A stretch of 64,000 nt of DNA, taken from NCBI GenBank assembly GCA_037379345.1, contig CM074517.1, positions 30,132,001 through 30,196,000 on the forward strand, read 5' to 3'. This DNA is from Perna viridis (lineage: Eukaryota). Under the pieces are notes generated by a model. The model was given only the letters and a program-made list of their open reading frames with translations. It had not been told where the DNA came from and did not search any database. This document shows, piece by piece, positions 1 to 14,266 of this stretch (positions within the stretch are counted from its first letter, which is position 1; every line of letters starts with the position of its first letter). A program made the translations under genes and the position numbers.

Positions 1-1753
1 CATCCTCGTAAAGTGTAGAACCAGATCGAATGCTTGAACTATGTTGTGTTCAGAAAAAAAAGATTATCTCCAAGGTTTTTTTTTTCGAGTTTCCGTTCCT
101 TGCATGGCACATGTTGCAATGTTTCATTGACCTATATGAAGTTTCTATCTCACAGATGACAGTATCTGCAAAATATTGTCAGTAAGATTTTATGTCTTGA
201 CAACCCTTCGAACGTGAAGTTATATGCAATTGTATTTTATTATGATGTCTACATTGTTTTTTATCTTTCCTGTTTTCATGTTAAATTTGTTTTTGAATTG
301 TCCTTATGTTTAAATGGTTTGGTATTTTGGCCGAAATCTGAAATGAAATATTTGAGATTTGTAAATCGTAAGAAGCTCATTGAAATGACATTAATTGGAC
401 ATTGAGGACAAATTTGGCAAAATATATAACCAAGGCGATGAATATGATTAAAGTGTTGCGAAACTATATGAGCGTAAATCATTTTTTATATATATGAAAG
501 TCAAGAAAAGGAGAAAGGGTTTGGAAAACCGACATGAAATACAATTAAAAACATTGATAAACAAGTTTAATACTGACATTTTGGAAAAATTGGATTAATT
601 GGGAAATCCGGACTCCACAAGAAAACATAAAGCCTTTAAGCATAATCAGTCGACCTAATATGAAGAAACTGTGGTCAGTAGTAGGCAAAGAAATGTGACC
701 AAATGAAATAATCTCATTCAAAGACGAGAGTTACAGATTGAATAATCACAGAGTCATTTTCGACTGCAATCGAATATAACGTCCATCTGATTAAAATAGG
801 GTTGGTTTATTATTTTCTTGTGTAATCATTCACAGAAATATCGACAGTTACCTACCAAGATTCAAAAATTAAAATACAATACGCAAACATATTGATCTGA
901 TGAGTGTCATGTTAACCAGCAGAGGTTCTAAAAAGCGTTCTGTAAGCTATATCTTAATTATCTTGGGAGTTAATTGTTTATGCTTCTCTGAAGAATCAGA
1001 ATTTATTGGAAACAAGTGAGAGATTTAAGATGAGTTTGTAATACAAATGTTTATTCGTGTAACCTTGGCCCAGAAGATTCCCTGCAATTAAAAAGGTAAG
1101 TGCTTGTCGTTTATATAATCGGGATGAAAGTGCAGTTTCTTTATTATTATTTTTTATATTTATATAAAGGTTGAGTTAAGGACGACATTGACTATTTTAA
1201 CGTACTGTAAGTCGGGGCTAGTTAATTTTCGCTAGTGTCGTGGTAAGACCAGTATCGCGAAAATAAAAATGTGAAAATATATAAAACTCCAGTTGATTAA
1301 AAAAAATACCTAAAAGACTTCATTCCTTGTATTCACATGGTACAATCTACGAGTGATGGATTTTGCTTACTATTTCGATAATTTTAGTTTTAAGTACTTC
1401 TTGTACAAAATTACTCAATTGCGATTTTCCTATTTATTTGATTATAATGCTGATAATGAGTGGTAACACGTGTACATCATACCGAACTTTGCTATATATT
1501 TATGATTGGTATTTTTTGTATCTATTCTTTCATTTGATTGATAAGATAATAGTTCGTATGAAGTAGTATTGTAAGATTTTATTACAATTGTGGTAGAACT
1601 TATTTTGTATACTCAGTATACCAATTTGTTTTTTCTTCTATTTATTTTCGCGACTTATACTCTGTGTGTACTCTTCAACGAACGTTATTATTCTTTGAAG
1701 ATTTACTTTTGCAATTATTTCTTGCTTGCAAAAGGAGTGAAAATAAATTTCTT

Positions 1754-1850
1754 GTGAAGGTAACTTAGTTTAAAGTATACTCTTAAATTATGAACATTGC
1801 AGAGTGAAGGTAACTTAGTTTAAAGTATACTCTTAAATTATGAACATTGC
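1754..1850. repeat. Tandem duplication, period 50 bp, 47 bp identical
   Basis: gtgaaggtaacttagtttaaagtatactcttaaattatgaacattgc at 1754 and 1804. Confidence 0.95.
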
Positions 1851-4599
1851 GGATTAAATTGCTAATATTGCCTAATCGTGCTTAATTTTTTTTCTGTTAA
1901 GATATACCATGACAAGTAAAAATTAGATATGGCAGCCCTTAGTTCATGTTTAAATATTTAAAAGTTTTCACTTTACGTACGTTTTATTGCTTTTAAAATA
2001 ATTATAGGCTAGGGATTGATGTTGTGTATTATCGGTGTAGTCCAATGATGGAATGAAAGACCATTATAGGATAAGATATAAAATAAATCAAGCTAATTGT
2101 CTCGTTAATGCTAGCTATACTCAATAATCAAAGATAATGACTTGTATATCTTCCATGAGAATCAGAAAAATTATCATATTATACCGGAAGTTAGAGTCGC
2201 AGAGGAGCAGATGTCTTCCTAGAAAATAATGGGGTTTTCTCTCGAGGTATTATGAAATATAATTAACTGACAAATTTGCATTTTTTTTAAGTTCTAGATT
2301 TCTTGAAAATCGAATAATATGTAAAAGGAAGAAATAATCTGTTTTTTATCTTAACTTTTCGCTGATTGAAAAATGCATCATTGCCATGGATGTCGTTTTA
2401 AAACGATTTTTTTGTTTGTGTTCATATCGATTTTTTGTTTTTTTGTTTTTTGTTTTGTTTTGTTTTTTTTTATTTTCTGTTTTTCTGATTGGTTTTTGTT
2501 TGGGATTTTGGGGGGGGGTCTCTTTGTTATTTCACCCAAAATGTTTCATTTACAATTGATAACCCGATAAAGAATGTGCTTACAGATTTTAGCTCTGGAA
2601 TTTAAGTTTTTTTTTAAACCAAACACTTTTTGACATTTTACATAGAAGAAAAAGTCTTTAAAAATCCTTTAACAGAAAACAGCCAAATATAGAGTGATCA
2701 TGACAAAAAGGATATTTTCACCCACGACCCTGGCATTTCGACTGTTTTTCCAAGTACAAAAGTTAACATTACTAAAGTTAAATTTCGAAAATGAAAATAA
2801 ATATCACTCTATTTTAGGAAGATTTTATCGGCTTGTTTCAATGTTAAAATCTATAAAGCTAATTGCCAGAAATTAAGAAATATCTATTGGTCTTTCCTTA
2901 TTTTGCTTTTTTCTGAATTTCCGTTGCAGGAAATATTACTATGCCACCCATGTGTTTTCATTTCCTGTGTTCTGAACATCCCCTCAGTGCCAGTTCGTGT
3001 TATAATTCGGAAGGTATCTTCATCTGTTTTATCCGAAGAGTATTTCTTTACTATAAACGACATTCATACGATTTTGAAGTTTTTGCGGCAGTTATTCTTT
3101 TGCGATAGTTGCATAATGAAACTTTCATAAATACAATCGAGCGAGTATTTTTTTTTAATTTTATCTGATCAATTATTGTCTATAAAAAGGCCTAATTTTC
3201 GAAGATATACATCTCATTTTATGTCCAGTAAGACAAAGATCTTTACGTGATGTCTTTTTGCTTTGTATTTTTTTAATGAAAAGCAATCAGGCTTTTGTAG
3301 CATCAGAAGCTTAATGATGTACAAGGTAAGATCTAATGGCGATGAAGCATGATCAGTCTGAAATAAACGAAAATGAATTAATTAATGTACAAACACAGAG
3401 TTGAATAAGGGATGTGTTAATTATACGACGCCAATTGACAATGATTAGTTCAGCATCAAAAACGTGTATTGTTTCCTCCAGCACAATATTAAAAATATCA
3501 TCTAATTATTTCCCAATAACGTCTTTCTCGAACTAATAATATTTTGCCATTAGGTTTATCAACTACCGGAAGTGCATAGAAGTCACGTAATTGACTATGT
3601 TGTATCGGATGACATTTTTGATCCGTTTATTTAACACGAATAAAATTAGTTGTCATGACATTCTGTGAGGGAAAAATGATTGGTATAACGTCTCTAAGTT
3701 ATTTTCTTTCAGGAAATTAAGCAAAAGACAAATTAATACAAAACATAAACAAGCATAGGTCTCGTCCTGTGTTTTCATTTTGTTTGCTTTTTTTTATATT
3801 AAATCAAAGATCAATACTGTAGCTTCATGGCAATCAACTGCAGATTATTTTCCGTGTCGGATAATATGTACTGGAGGTAGATGTCTCGGTTTTTCAATTT
3901 TTAATTAATATTTCTAACATGTCACATTAGGTTCCATTCTAAGCATGCTAGTAGATGGACGACTTTTGTGTACATATTCTTCTTATCTCAAAATTACACC
4001 TTAAAAGTTAATTTGATTTCGGTACATCTAGTTTGCAGACACCAGTGACTGCATGCGTATTTGCTTAAATGATTTGGAATCCAAATTGACTCGTCATCAA
4101 CTGAAATGAAGTCGTTTTACAAAATCTGTGAAGGCGTTTCGGAATTTTGAATTTGTAAATAAATCTGAAAAGTGTAATAGAGTTCGAAGGTGCAGCGGTT
4201 GCACCAGTATATTCGAAAGAAGTATATTGAAATACAGATGGTATGATTATATGTCATGACAAAAGTCTATGTTAATTTTTCTATTGACATCCATTGACAT
4301 CATGTTAAAGTCCTCTCAATGTTGGATTGATTGAAATGTTGAATGTCTTGGTTGATGACATGCACTCCCTGTACAAAAAATATTAATTTCATTTTCAATA
4401 TAACTCTGATTTGATTAAAATTCTTGTATCTTTAAACTTGCTTCGTTAGAGAAAATCAGGCCACATTTGATGAAGAACAATTTAATCTTTCTACATTACT
4501 TTATATGTTTATAAGCTAATCGCTTGTGCTAAAGTGCTAAAGTGATGAATGCTATATAATGGCAAACAAACTTGAAAGAAACACCTTCTTTGATTATTT

Positions 4600-4990
4600 C
4601 AGTACCAGTCCGTATAAAGTTCAGACACTGCCAATAGTAAAGTGATTCATGGTGTTGCAAAACCCATAAAAACGATGCTTTTTCAGTTTATATGTGCTAT
4701 AATTTCACATCACAAGAATCTTTTCTGCATCCAGATCTGCACTTTTTAGAAAATAATACAATTATTTACCACTAAAATCAACCAAATGAAAACAAATCAA
4801 GAACGATCACTCTTGTAGATTTTCAATTTCATGTTCAATCAATATAGATCTTATCTCAAAAGCGAAACAACCAAATAAAAAACAAAGACTGGTTAAGTGT
4901 TCAGTAACTTTTTTTTAGTAAGAAATAAAACTGAATTTTGACATGCATGAATCACCTATCGTCTGATTTTTTTTAAAACTGCTACCTTTA
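4600..4990 (+). repeat. Unclassified ~400-bp dispersed repeat, copy 1
   Basis: gtaccagtccgtataaagttcagacactgccaatagtaaagtgattcatgg...actaaaatcaaccaaa...gacatgcatgaatcacct also occurs at ~14267 (+) and ~18480-18863 (-). Confidence 0.7.
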
Positions 4991-5202
4991 AAAAAAGCAT
5001 ATAATTCAGAAATTGCTGTTCAGCAATAGCAGTGAATGAAACTCATTTTAAATGTTGAAAGTATTATTGAGTACATGTACATTTGTCATAAACTCTTTTT
5101 CAAGTGTCGATATTTATCACTGTAAATATTTGAGACACTAACTTGTTTGCCCCTTTGTATGGAATTCACCTGTAGTATTTGTTTTAGTATTGAATTGATA
5201 TA

Positions 5203-5233
5203 TTGGTTCCCTTGGTTCCCTTGATTACTCTTT
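5203..5233 (+). mobile_element. Minimal 3'-terminal remnant of the same family
   Basis: ttggttcccttggttcccttgattactcttt matches the family 3' terminus, with a 10-bp internal duplication. Confidence 0.5.
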
Positions 5234-7210
5234 AATAAATATTATTCGAATATTTGGATAAAGATTATTGCACTGCATTATTATTCGTGATTTTGGTCGC
5301 GCAACAAATTCAAATTAATAACGAAATTTCAATTTTCAGTTGCAAACTTAAGTGTTCTCTTAAAACCCATGGATCAGATAATCCACGAATAAAGGAAAAT
5401 TCGACAAATCACGAAAAATGATATCCACAAATTTTTGTACCTTTACACTAATGTTGCCTTAATTCGATAAATCTTTAAATGATTTGTCGGCAAATCCATT
5501 AGGAAATATAGATATAGAAGGGTTTGGTCTTTAGTCTCACTTTTGAAAAGTAAACATAATTCTAAAATCTGAAGGGAATTAGTTATTTAGTTATACGTCG
5601 TATAACTTTTTACGTTCGTTTTTCATATCTACCTCAAATCTTCTGAGCAAATAGAAATTAAAACAAGGGTTTGGATAATTTTAATAATGTAATGGTTAGA
5701 AAACATTTTGTCCTTACTGTAATGACACCTTTCAGCTCTTTCGATGGTGAAAAATTAGACTAAACATTTTTTAAATATATTTCTGTGCAGTCGCCAGGAC
5801 TGCACACTGGCATTAAAATCGCATAGTTTCGAAAAGAATCTTGCCACTCTCACGATGGAACATAATATATTACTCCTTATTTTTCAAATGTTTCCGTTTA
5901 TTCAGCATGTTCCAATGTATTATTTGTTTTTCGTTCTTAAAAAGCTTTTACTGAAATGACAGATAAATGATTTTATCCCTTCAAATCCGATTATAGACTG
6001 CTAATTTTAGTGTAATAGTTTTTAAGTTGTTTCCTGAAAAACGTAATCAAAGCGAGTTAAAAGAATCGAATTGACGTATTACCAATTTCCGGACATATGT
6101 TCTGTACATTCTAAACCAAAGGAATTTACTACGGTTCTAATCTTTGAAAACGGACACATTTTAATTAAAATTTGATTAATCAAGAAGGAAGTAAAACAAA
6201 TGACTACTTTTGGTTAAATATGTAAATAAGAATAGTTTTAGCGGTTGACACATTATAAGAAATGTCACTAACTTATTTTGTCAGAAGAGCGTAATGTGAT
6301 TGCTAGAATATTTTCTCATTCTTTATGTTTGTTTCATATACACTTGATAAAACAAGGAGAAAGCTAGTTAAAACATGAAATGCGAGAGAGGCCTTCACCA
6401 ATGTTGAAAGCTTACATTCAATAAAAATAATTATAAAACTATATCTAAAATTTGCTAACAAATCCGTTTATATAAGTTTGATAGCTACGTATCATGCACC
6501 CATTTGTGAGGTTCCTGAAAAAAAGTATTTATGAAATACTAAGCATCATACTAATATAAAATAGCAATATTATACCGCGCCATTGCTGCTTATCTTCATT
6601 AAGTAGTAAATTTGATTTATTGCACCGCATTTATAGAACTGATGTTTTAATACTTTTTTAACAAACACAAACCGAATCTCCGGAAAATCTTTCTAATACT
6701 GCTGAATCGTGGTTGCATCTTCAAATATGTATATGATTTGCTGCTAGTGACAATATAAGGTTTTAACTTGTGTTTGAACACGTTTCAATTTATTACCTTT
6801 CTTTTTTAATGTCTTTGTCTTGTTTTTGTTTGCTTTTGTTTTGTTTTAGTTTTTGTTTCCACATCTCCTGTACCTGAGGCATCACATGATGATATTACGA
6901 TTTTGTTTTTACTCGTAGACTTTTTTCATGTGAAACTCAATGTTCTTAAACATCTTTTCAAAAATGGTTATCAAAATAGGATGAACATTTATGAAAAGAA
7001 TATTTAAGTCGGTAAAAACAAAAAATAAAATAAAATTTTATTCAAAGAATAAAACCTTGACTGATAATAATTAGTTGGTGTTACGAAGCACAAATTAAGG
7101 AGATGGAAAAAAATTTTTAATTAGCTTATTGATCAAACATTTGCGATGCAATTAAGTCAGAAACCTATTCTTCTGCATGTAAGTTTATGATTTTAACGGT
7201 GTATTCAACT

Positions 7211-7526
7211 GCACCATGACAACTGATTTGTTCAATGTGTCATAGTTTTCCTTTCCTCTTTCGTCTACCCCAGACTTGATTTTTTATTGGCAACTAGGCG
7301 GGTGTTTCTAGAAAAGCAGAGGACGCTTACCCTACCGGTGCACCTGGTCCATGCTCTCAGTTTTTAGTGGAGTCCGAGTGGCTCATTTACCTTTGTTACT
7401 TTGTATGTATTATTTAAGTCATTATATGTTTTTTGCTGTGTATGTCTGTTTTCAATGTCTGGTCTTTGTCCCTGGATTACATTCTTTTGATTTCCGCTAT
7501 AACCTTGGTTCCCTTGATTGCTCTTT
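7211..7526 (+). mobile_element. 3'-end fragment of the Penelope-like family (best-preserved + strand copy)
   Basis: Carries the core GGCGGGTGTTTCTAGAAAAGCAGAGGACGCTTACCCTACCGGTGCACCTGGTCCATGCTC and ends at CTTGGTTCCCTTGATTGCTCTTT, shared with many other copies in the window. Confidence 0.8.
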
Positions 7527-7772
7527 AACTCATTCTAATCTTTCTGATTGACATATGCCAATTTAAAACATTTAATATTAGTCAATGATTTTTAAAAATA
7601 AGTTTTTTTTTGTATTGAAGTAGGGATTATTTTTCTTATAATCTGTCAGATTAAATGGTAACATAAAAAATTACTGAAGTCAGTATTAGACAAAAGCTCC
7701 AAGTAATAGTTAAACAGAATAATCAAAGTCCATCTAAAAATATCAAGCAAAAACGGACACAAACACTGTTAA

Positions 7773-8653
7773 TACTGTTAAAACTGTATAAACCGAACCA
7801 GGAGAAAACCGAATTTCACTCTTAAAACCGAATTAATTTCAAAGTCACGTAGAATTTCTTATTCAAAATGTAGTAGCTTTACCTGTCTTAAACAAACCCT
7901 GTCAATTCTGAATTCAGAACTCTTTCTTTATTCATTCCCTTAATTAATAAGTATTTTTTACCTTTATAAACCAATTCCTGCCAATCAAAATTTAATTATT
8001 TCGTTAATTGATCCTTGACACCTCTGAAACTAAATAATAACTTATTGATCACTCACCTGGAAATAATGAACTGTCAACAGGTAAGTACATTGTGGATGAA
8101 TGAAAGAAATTGTAAAATTGATTTTAACTCATCTAAATTGTCTAAAGGAGTATAAAATATTAGAAATGTGATTTTTTTTCTCGGACATCTGCGGTTGATT
8201 GATTACGCATTTGTAGTTCATATTTATCTCTCTACCTTTCAATACTGTTAAAATAACATTCAATCTTTTCCTTTCATCTTCTTACATGTCTTTCTAATTC
8301 AGTTTAAAGGCATAATAAAGAGGTTTGCTTGAAACTTAATTCATTTTCCACCGTAATACCCGTCCGTCATAATATTATATTAGAATATTTTGTAATCTTC
8401 CGGTCTAATCGGCAGACCAATCATAAAACACCTTTAGTTAAGGCGACCAGTTTGAATTTGCTATAACATTATATACAAAACCAACAAATCTTGGTTTATT
8501 TGAAGTATACAATTACTGCCAGTCGCTGCTTTGAGACCTTAAAGAAGGCAAACACTGTCAGGTTGCAAGTAACACTAAGGAAACCGAACACGTGTCTAAA
8601 CTGAACAAAACCTTCAGTCTCCTTGCTGTTCGGTTTGGATAAGCTTAAATGTA
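7773..8653. mobile_element. Longer, older relative of the 44329 MITE
   Basis: Left tactgttaaaactgtataaaccgaacc. Right aaccgaacacgtgtctaaactgaacaaa...gttcggtttggataagcttaaatgta aligns with 44450-44519. Confidence 0.4.
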
Positions 8654-11600
8654 TATCTAAATATAAAATGATAAACTAGTGTTAAAGTAAAAACAAATGA
8701 ATCATTCAAGGCAGTGACATTTTGATCTTAAAAGTGATTTTGTATACTTTTTCGGAGGGGGTTACCTGTTTTTCTTATTATGGGCAGCTGCAGTGTATGC
8801 GGTCCACTGAATTTGACTTTAACATAAAATCTTTCTATATATTTACAAGCTTTTCCCCCACGTTGAGCGCCTCTTAGTTGTCAAAATGACTGGTTTCAAG
8901 GTAACTTGTTTGAAAACAGACAAATGGTTTAATATCAAATCGTTTTTTTTCAAACGAAAATGTGTTTCAAATTTCAAGGAAAAGTATCTATTCTTTACTG
9001 CAATCTAAACTTACTGTCTACTAATTTTGTATGGGTTAATTTAGAGTCAGGTTTGAACTGGCATAAAACGCCTTTAATTCTAGCGAAATTCTGGTAGATT
9101 TTCTTAAGGTAAAAAATGTTTGATGTTTTAGTATGCTTTGTGTTTTTCGTTTTCCTATGAGTACTTGTTCTGTGCGTGTTGTGATTTTGATGTTATATTT
9201 GTTGCTTTATCATAGAATTTCTCCTAGTTTATTCCTACGGTATAACCTTGTTCTCTGATTTATCCAAGGGATTCTAATTATACATCTATGCGTTTCGTTA
9301 TGATCCGTCATTGTGTAATTTAGTTTAAGTGCTGGAAAATAGTATCTATAATAAGACGATAGGTCAATACATAAAATAAATATCCCATTTTCGAATAATC
9401 CGTCTTTGTCGTTCTAATATTTTGTTTGTTATGAAATATATGATACATGACTGCTATTGTTGTTTGGTGTAAGCAATAGTTTCCTTTGTGTACGCGTGGC
9501 ATAATGTTTACTTTCTGGATGCGCTCGTATGACTGTACTTCTGTAATTAAGGACGACATTTTATTCAGAAGAAAGATGCCGCATTTATTTTTTTTTCCCC
9601 AAATACACATTAATTTCCTTAAATCTACACCAGAACAAAATCTTAGAAGTTCATTAGTTATGTGTGGGCAATAACAAATATACTGCTTTGCAATCACTGA
9701 AACAAATGGCAACAGTAATAAAGTCATCACCAGGCCGCTTCAATGATCACAAACAATATTACCATCCCTAAAATATCGTGTTATTGGTAAAAAACGTTAC
9801 GCTTTTGTTCTCAGAGATTTTTTTCACCGACATTCCAATGTTATGTTAAATAAATCTTGTCGTAATATTTTTCGTTTGCTTCAAGTAGATTTCGGTGAAC
9901 CGATGAATTTTGTTCAAACGTTTTGTATTTTAAATAAAATCTAATTTTTGAAATGCTGCTTTTAATAATGATAAAAAAAATCATCAAAAATATTTGTTTG
10001 GCAGACGTGATGTATTCATAAGATCACAACATTTAGTTAGAAGGTATATATGTAAAAGCTAAGGGTCGTTAAATTAGAAAACAAATTCAAAACAGATAAT
10101 GCTAAAAAAGATGACAATAATACAGAAGAAATGAAAATTGACTTAACAAATTTACGAGGTAATTACCGCTAGTAAGTTTTAATTTACTTTCATTATATAG
10201 CGTTATGATGTATATTACAAGAATAATACTTGAATGCATAAACATACAAGAACAATTCTGAAAACAATTGATTTTTTTTTACTTTGAGTTATGATATTAT
10301 TATCTACTAACAATAATTAACATTTTCAAATCTAAAGATACGGCATCAATAGAAAGTTAGATTGTATTGAACTGAGGAATATTTTCTGAAACTAACTGAC
10401 AAACACTCAGTATAACAGAAAAAAAACTGTTCCAAAAATGCAATTATTACCACCTAACACTAGAATGTTCCACTCCAGATAATTGAAACCCTTAAAAGTT
10501 GTTTATAATGACACTGTTAGATATATGTTTTGGATTGTGCGTCAGTATATCAATCATCATATGCGTCACTAGAAAATATCTTGAAGTTTTAAGAAATTTA
10601 TTAACCGAGTTATTTTTTACAAATACTTCCACTTTGAGGTATTTTGTCCTGAAGTATAAGGAATTAAAGATTACTGTTAACTTGAATGTTATTTAACTTA
10701 AATAAGAGGTCAATATAGCAATATCATGTCAGTCAATGTTACGCTTTTGAACTCGACATTGCCCTAGATCAAATTGGTAAAATCGAAAATTCGTATGGAT
10801 TAAAAATGATATTTGATTGTACAAAAAACCCATTACATACGAAACATTCCTGCTTAATCATGACATTAATAACGAGTTGTCGCAATGCACAACATATGCG
10901 AGATACATCAGATATCTTGTTTACTTTATATATCCTCATTTTAACGTTTGGGTTACGAAAACTCAGTTGATCAAATAAGTTGAATTCTCTTGAAAACTTA
11001 ATTAATTTGTCTTTGTTGAAATTGAAAATAATAATCTAAATGTTCATAATTATCTGAAACAAGCATTTTTAGCACCTTTTGTAAGAATCATGAACTTCTG
11101 TAGTATGTATTATGTAATAAAAAAGACTACTTTTTTTTCATAAAAAAGGAGCTGCTTTATGGATCTATGATGAAATGTATATTTTTCATTCCCATCTGGC
11201 CACATTTATAATCCAATAGCTTCTATTGTATTTTAGTGTCATCTATAGAGTTATCTCCCCGGGTTTTGATCTACAGTACATTTTGTATAATGACATTCCT
11301 GTAGTATTTTTTTCATGAGAAACTTCCACACTGGTAACACGTACATTAACACTAAAGATCTAGTATGAAGTCTATATTTTGGGGTTGGAGCGTTAAAAAT
11401 CCTCTTATTGAAACAGATATGTTTTACGAATAGATTTGCTGTATGAATTGACTTTATGTAGATGTATATGTTAGTAAACCAAAAAAGTTCCATGCATAAA
11501 GGTATAATATTAAATAATTCAAATTTGTGTTGTGTAATGTAACTTTGTAGCTACCCTTATTTAGAATATTGTAAACTTAATTCAGATGATATTTGAAATT

Positions 11601-12574
11601 ACAAAAAATCATTTTAAGACAACTGTTACTATTTCCACAAGATTCCACGAGTGCTAGCAAAAATAAACTCGTTCAGCACGAATTTCGCTCCGGTATTTTT
11701 AATTACCGATTAACAGCTAAGTATACCGTCGTAATAATATATTCTCTACTGATTTGTACCAAATTTATTAGCATAACCCTTATTGTTCTGATTATTTCAA
11801 ACGTTTGATTCCTATCACTGAATATGATTCTGCTACTGTTTGTATTTGTATATTTTAACAAAATTATTGGGATTTTAGGCCTTTCAAACACATAAAAATA
11901 AATACAATGAAATATACAGTAATTTTTTTCAACATTCAAGTCTTTAACCTTTATTTTGCTACTAAGCACTTAACCATTACTGATTCCAAAACCGACGTAA
12001 ATGTGTCGCATTCTTAGACTAATTGTGTTTAAAATTCCTCTAAAAAGATTGTTATTTTCGGTAAACCGTTTTTGAAAAAAAAAATACTTTCTTAATTATC
12101 GTCAACACGTAAGATGCGTGACAAATAATAATTCCACTACTTATACAAAGTGTCTTTACATGTCATTTAAGATGAATCTCGGTCTATTGGCAAAACTGCT
12201 AATCCGTCGGACGCTCTTTTCATTATAATTGATGATCAAAGCTGTAAAATGATCAAATTTTATTGTTTTAAAATTTGTGAATTGAACTGTTCAAAAGATT
12301 CATATTTGTTCATCCAAAATATTGTACAACTAATTGCAAAATAAATAGCTTCAGTTTCACGCAGTTAAAATTGCTGTTTATAAAAAAAAACAATTTAAAA
12401 ACACACGAGTTTCCCATGGAGGTGTCATGCCGACATCTTCATTCTATGAGGGATACATTTCACTGTTGAACCGCTACTACCGATATACATGTGCTTTGTA
12501 ATAATTTCACTTACTGACAGGTGGCAATTTTATATTGCCCATTTGGTGGAAATATACCGGAAATAATGAAGCGT

Positions 12575-12760
12575 AATGGAAACGGGCTGTTAAGCGCTAT
12601 AAAACTTGGTTTAACCTACCGTTTTTAAATGCCTGTACAAAGTCAGGACAATTGTGGAGGTTTCCGGTTTTTTATTGTTATACGGACATTCCCTTTGACT
12701 ATTCCTTTTGACTACTGTCTAGATTTTATCAGTTCAATAATTTTGTTATTACCCTTTTGA
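12575..12760 (+). mobile_element. SINE-like repeat fragment with twister-like core (copy A)
   Basis: taagcgctataaaac...ttaacctacc...gcctgtacaaagtcagga plus tail gttcaataattttgttattacccttt; both parts are shared with 15071-15260. Confidence 0.5.
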
Positions 12761-14266
12761 CTATCTAAGAAGAGTGAGAATACTGTCAAATAAACTCAAA
12801 GGCATGTGTACATATAGTTTATGTTGTTTATATAACTACAGAAGTTTAATAGTCGTCGTCCCAATTTAATGGACCGATACGAAGTTTTGATCACATAGAA
12901 GTGATAAGACATCTTTAGTTAGTTTTCATGACTTGCCAAATTGACAAACCACCGAACTGAACGCGTATAGGATGATATTATAGTACAATGTGACTGGTGT
13001 CGCTGCGGAGTAGGACATACTAACATTTATTATTCTCCTTTTTGTTTCCTTTTTTTGTGTTTTTTATGTGTCTGTGTGTGTGTGTTCTTTTGTGTGCGTG
13101 TAGGGAGTAGCACTTTGTATTGCAAGGCCCTCCGTTTTTTTACGTACTATCATGTTTTTCCTCATCTGCAGTTGTTTTGTGTAATGGTATACTATTACGT
13201 TGTTTACATTGTGTATGTGCATCATTACTTTTTTTTCTTATTTCACATTTTGGTCGTGTCTTTGGACTCTGATATCCATGAATTGTCTTTCTTTTTAATG
13301 CTTCAGTATGTCATGCCGATATTTACTAATATATCAGTCATGTATCCATACAAACAAATGTGATCAATCGGTAAGTAAGCCATTCCTTACTTCAACCCGT
13401 TAAAAAAATGGAAACAGAGGCATCTAGTATAAAGACGGTTATTTAATATCAAAGAACTCTCGTGTTCAACGATAAAGGATTCCTCGTGCTCTATAGAAAG
13501 CATGCAATGGACACAAGATTCAATCGGGCACATTATTACCTAGAACATTTTGCGTTCTAGTTTCTAAATATCTGATACTTTAGCCACTATGCAAATATAA
13601 GGCAATGAAACGTGTATATGTCTTATATAGAAATTTGAAATGAGCCCCAGTGTAATACTAAAGTGATTATATATTGTGCCAGTATAATGTCATGCTTTAA
13701 ATAAATTATAATGCAAATAATATGGGGAATTGTTCATTCTAATTTAAAGAGCGGTAGCTGACCTAATATAACCTAGCTAAATAGGAAAGTACAAATAACA
13801 TCTTTATTTGTTATGACTCGCATCGGAAATAATATAGTGTCGCTGGCTAGAGAGCAATTATTTCACAGAATGTCAACGACACCTCTTATTAAAATTAATT
13901 TCACTCTCAGAGAATCTAATGGATAGCCTTAATGGACATTGAATCAGATGTTTGTCTGAAACATAGAAATTCCACTTAATAAAGCGTTATCACGAAGGAA
14001 AACTATACGTCCGCTAATAACTGGCAATATCATAATACAGTCACTGTTTTGTAAATAATTCAGGGCACGATCATATATGGAAAAAATAATCTTTCGTTAA
14101 TAGTTTTATTCGTGGTTACCTCTTTCAGTAGTGGTTTCAAGTATTTACGAATGGGGACCCAAACTCGGGGTCTCAAATTTCTCGTTAAGTAAAAGGAGAA
14201 TGTATGTATGTTATTCAATTGTGTTCATAATAAAATGTTAAATAACATATTGGTTTGACTGTTTAT

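Noticed and set aside
895-940. Hammerhead ribozyme at CTGATGAG
   Set aside because: No stem II followed by GAAA and no stem III. CTGATGATTGAAA at ~20896 also lacks a convincing stem III and cleavage triplet.
7351-7551. Family of small hydrophobic ORFs (7351, 22152, 26600, 29159, 45625, 50844, 60949)
   Set aside because: They are chance translations of the T-rich 3' UTR of the retroelement repeat; frames and ends are not conserved.
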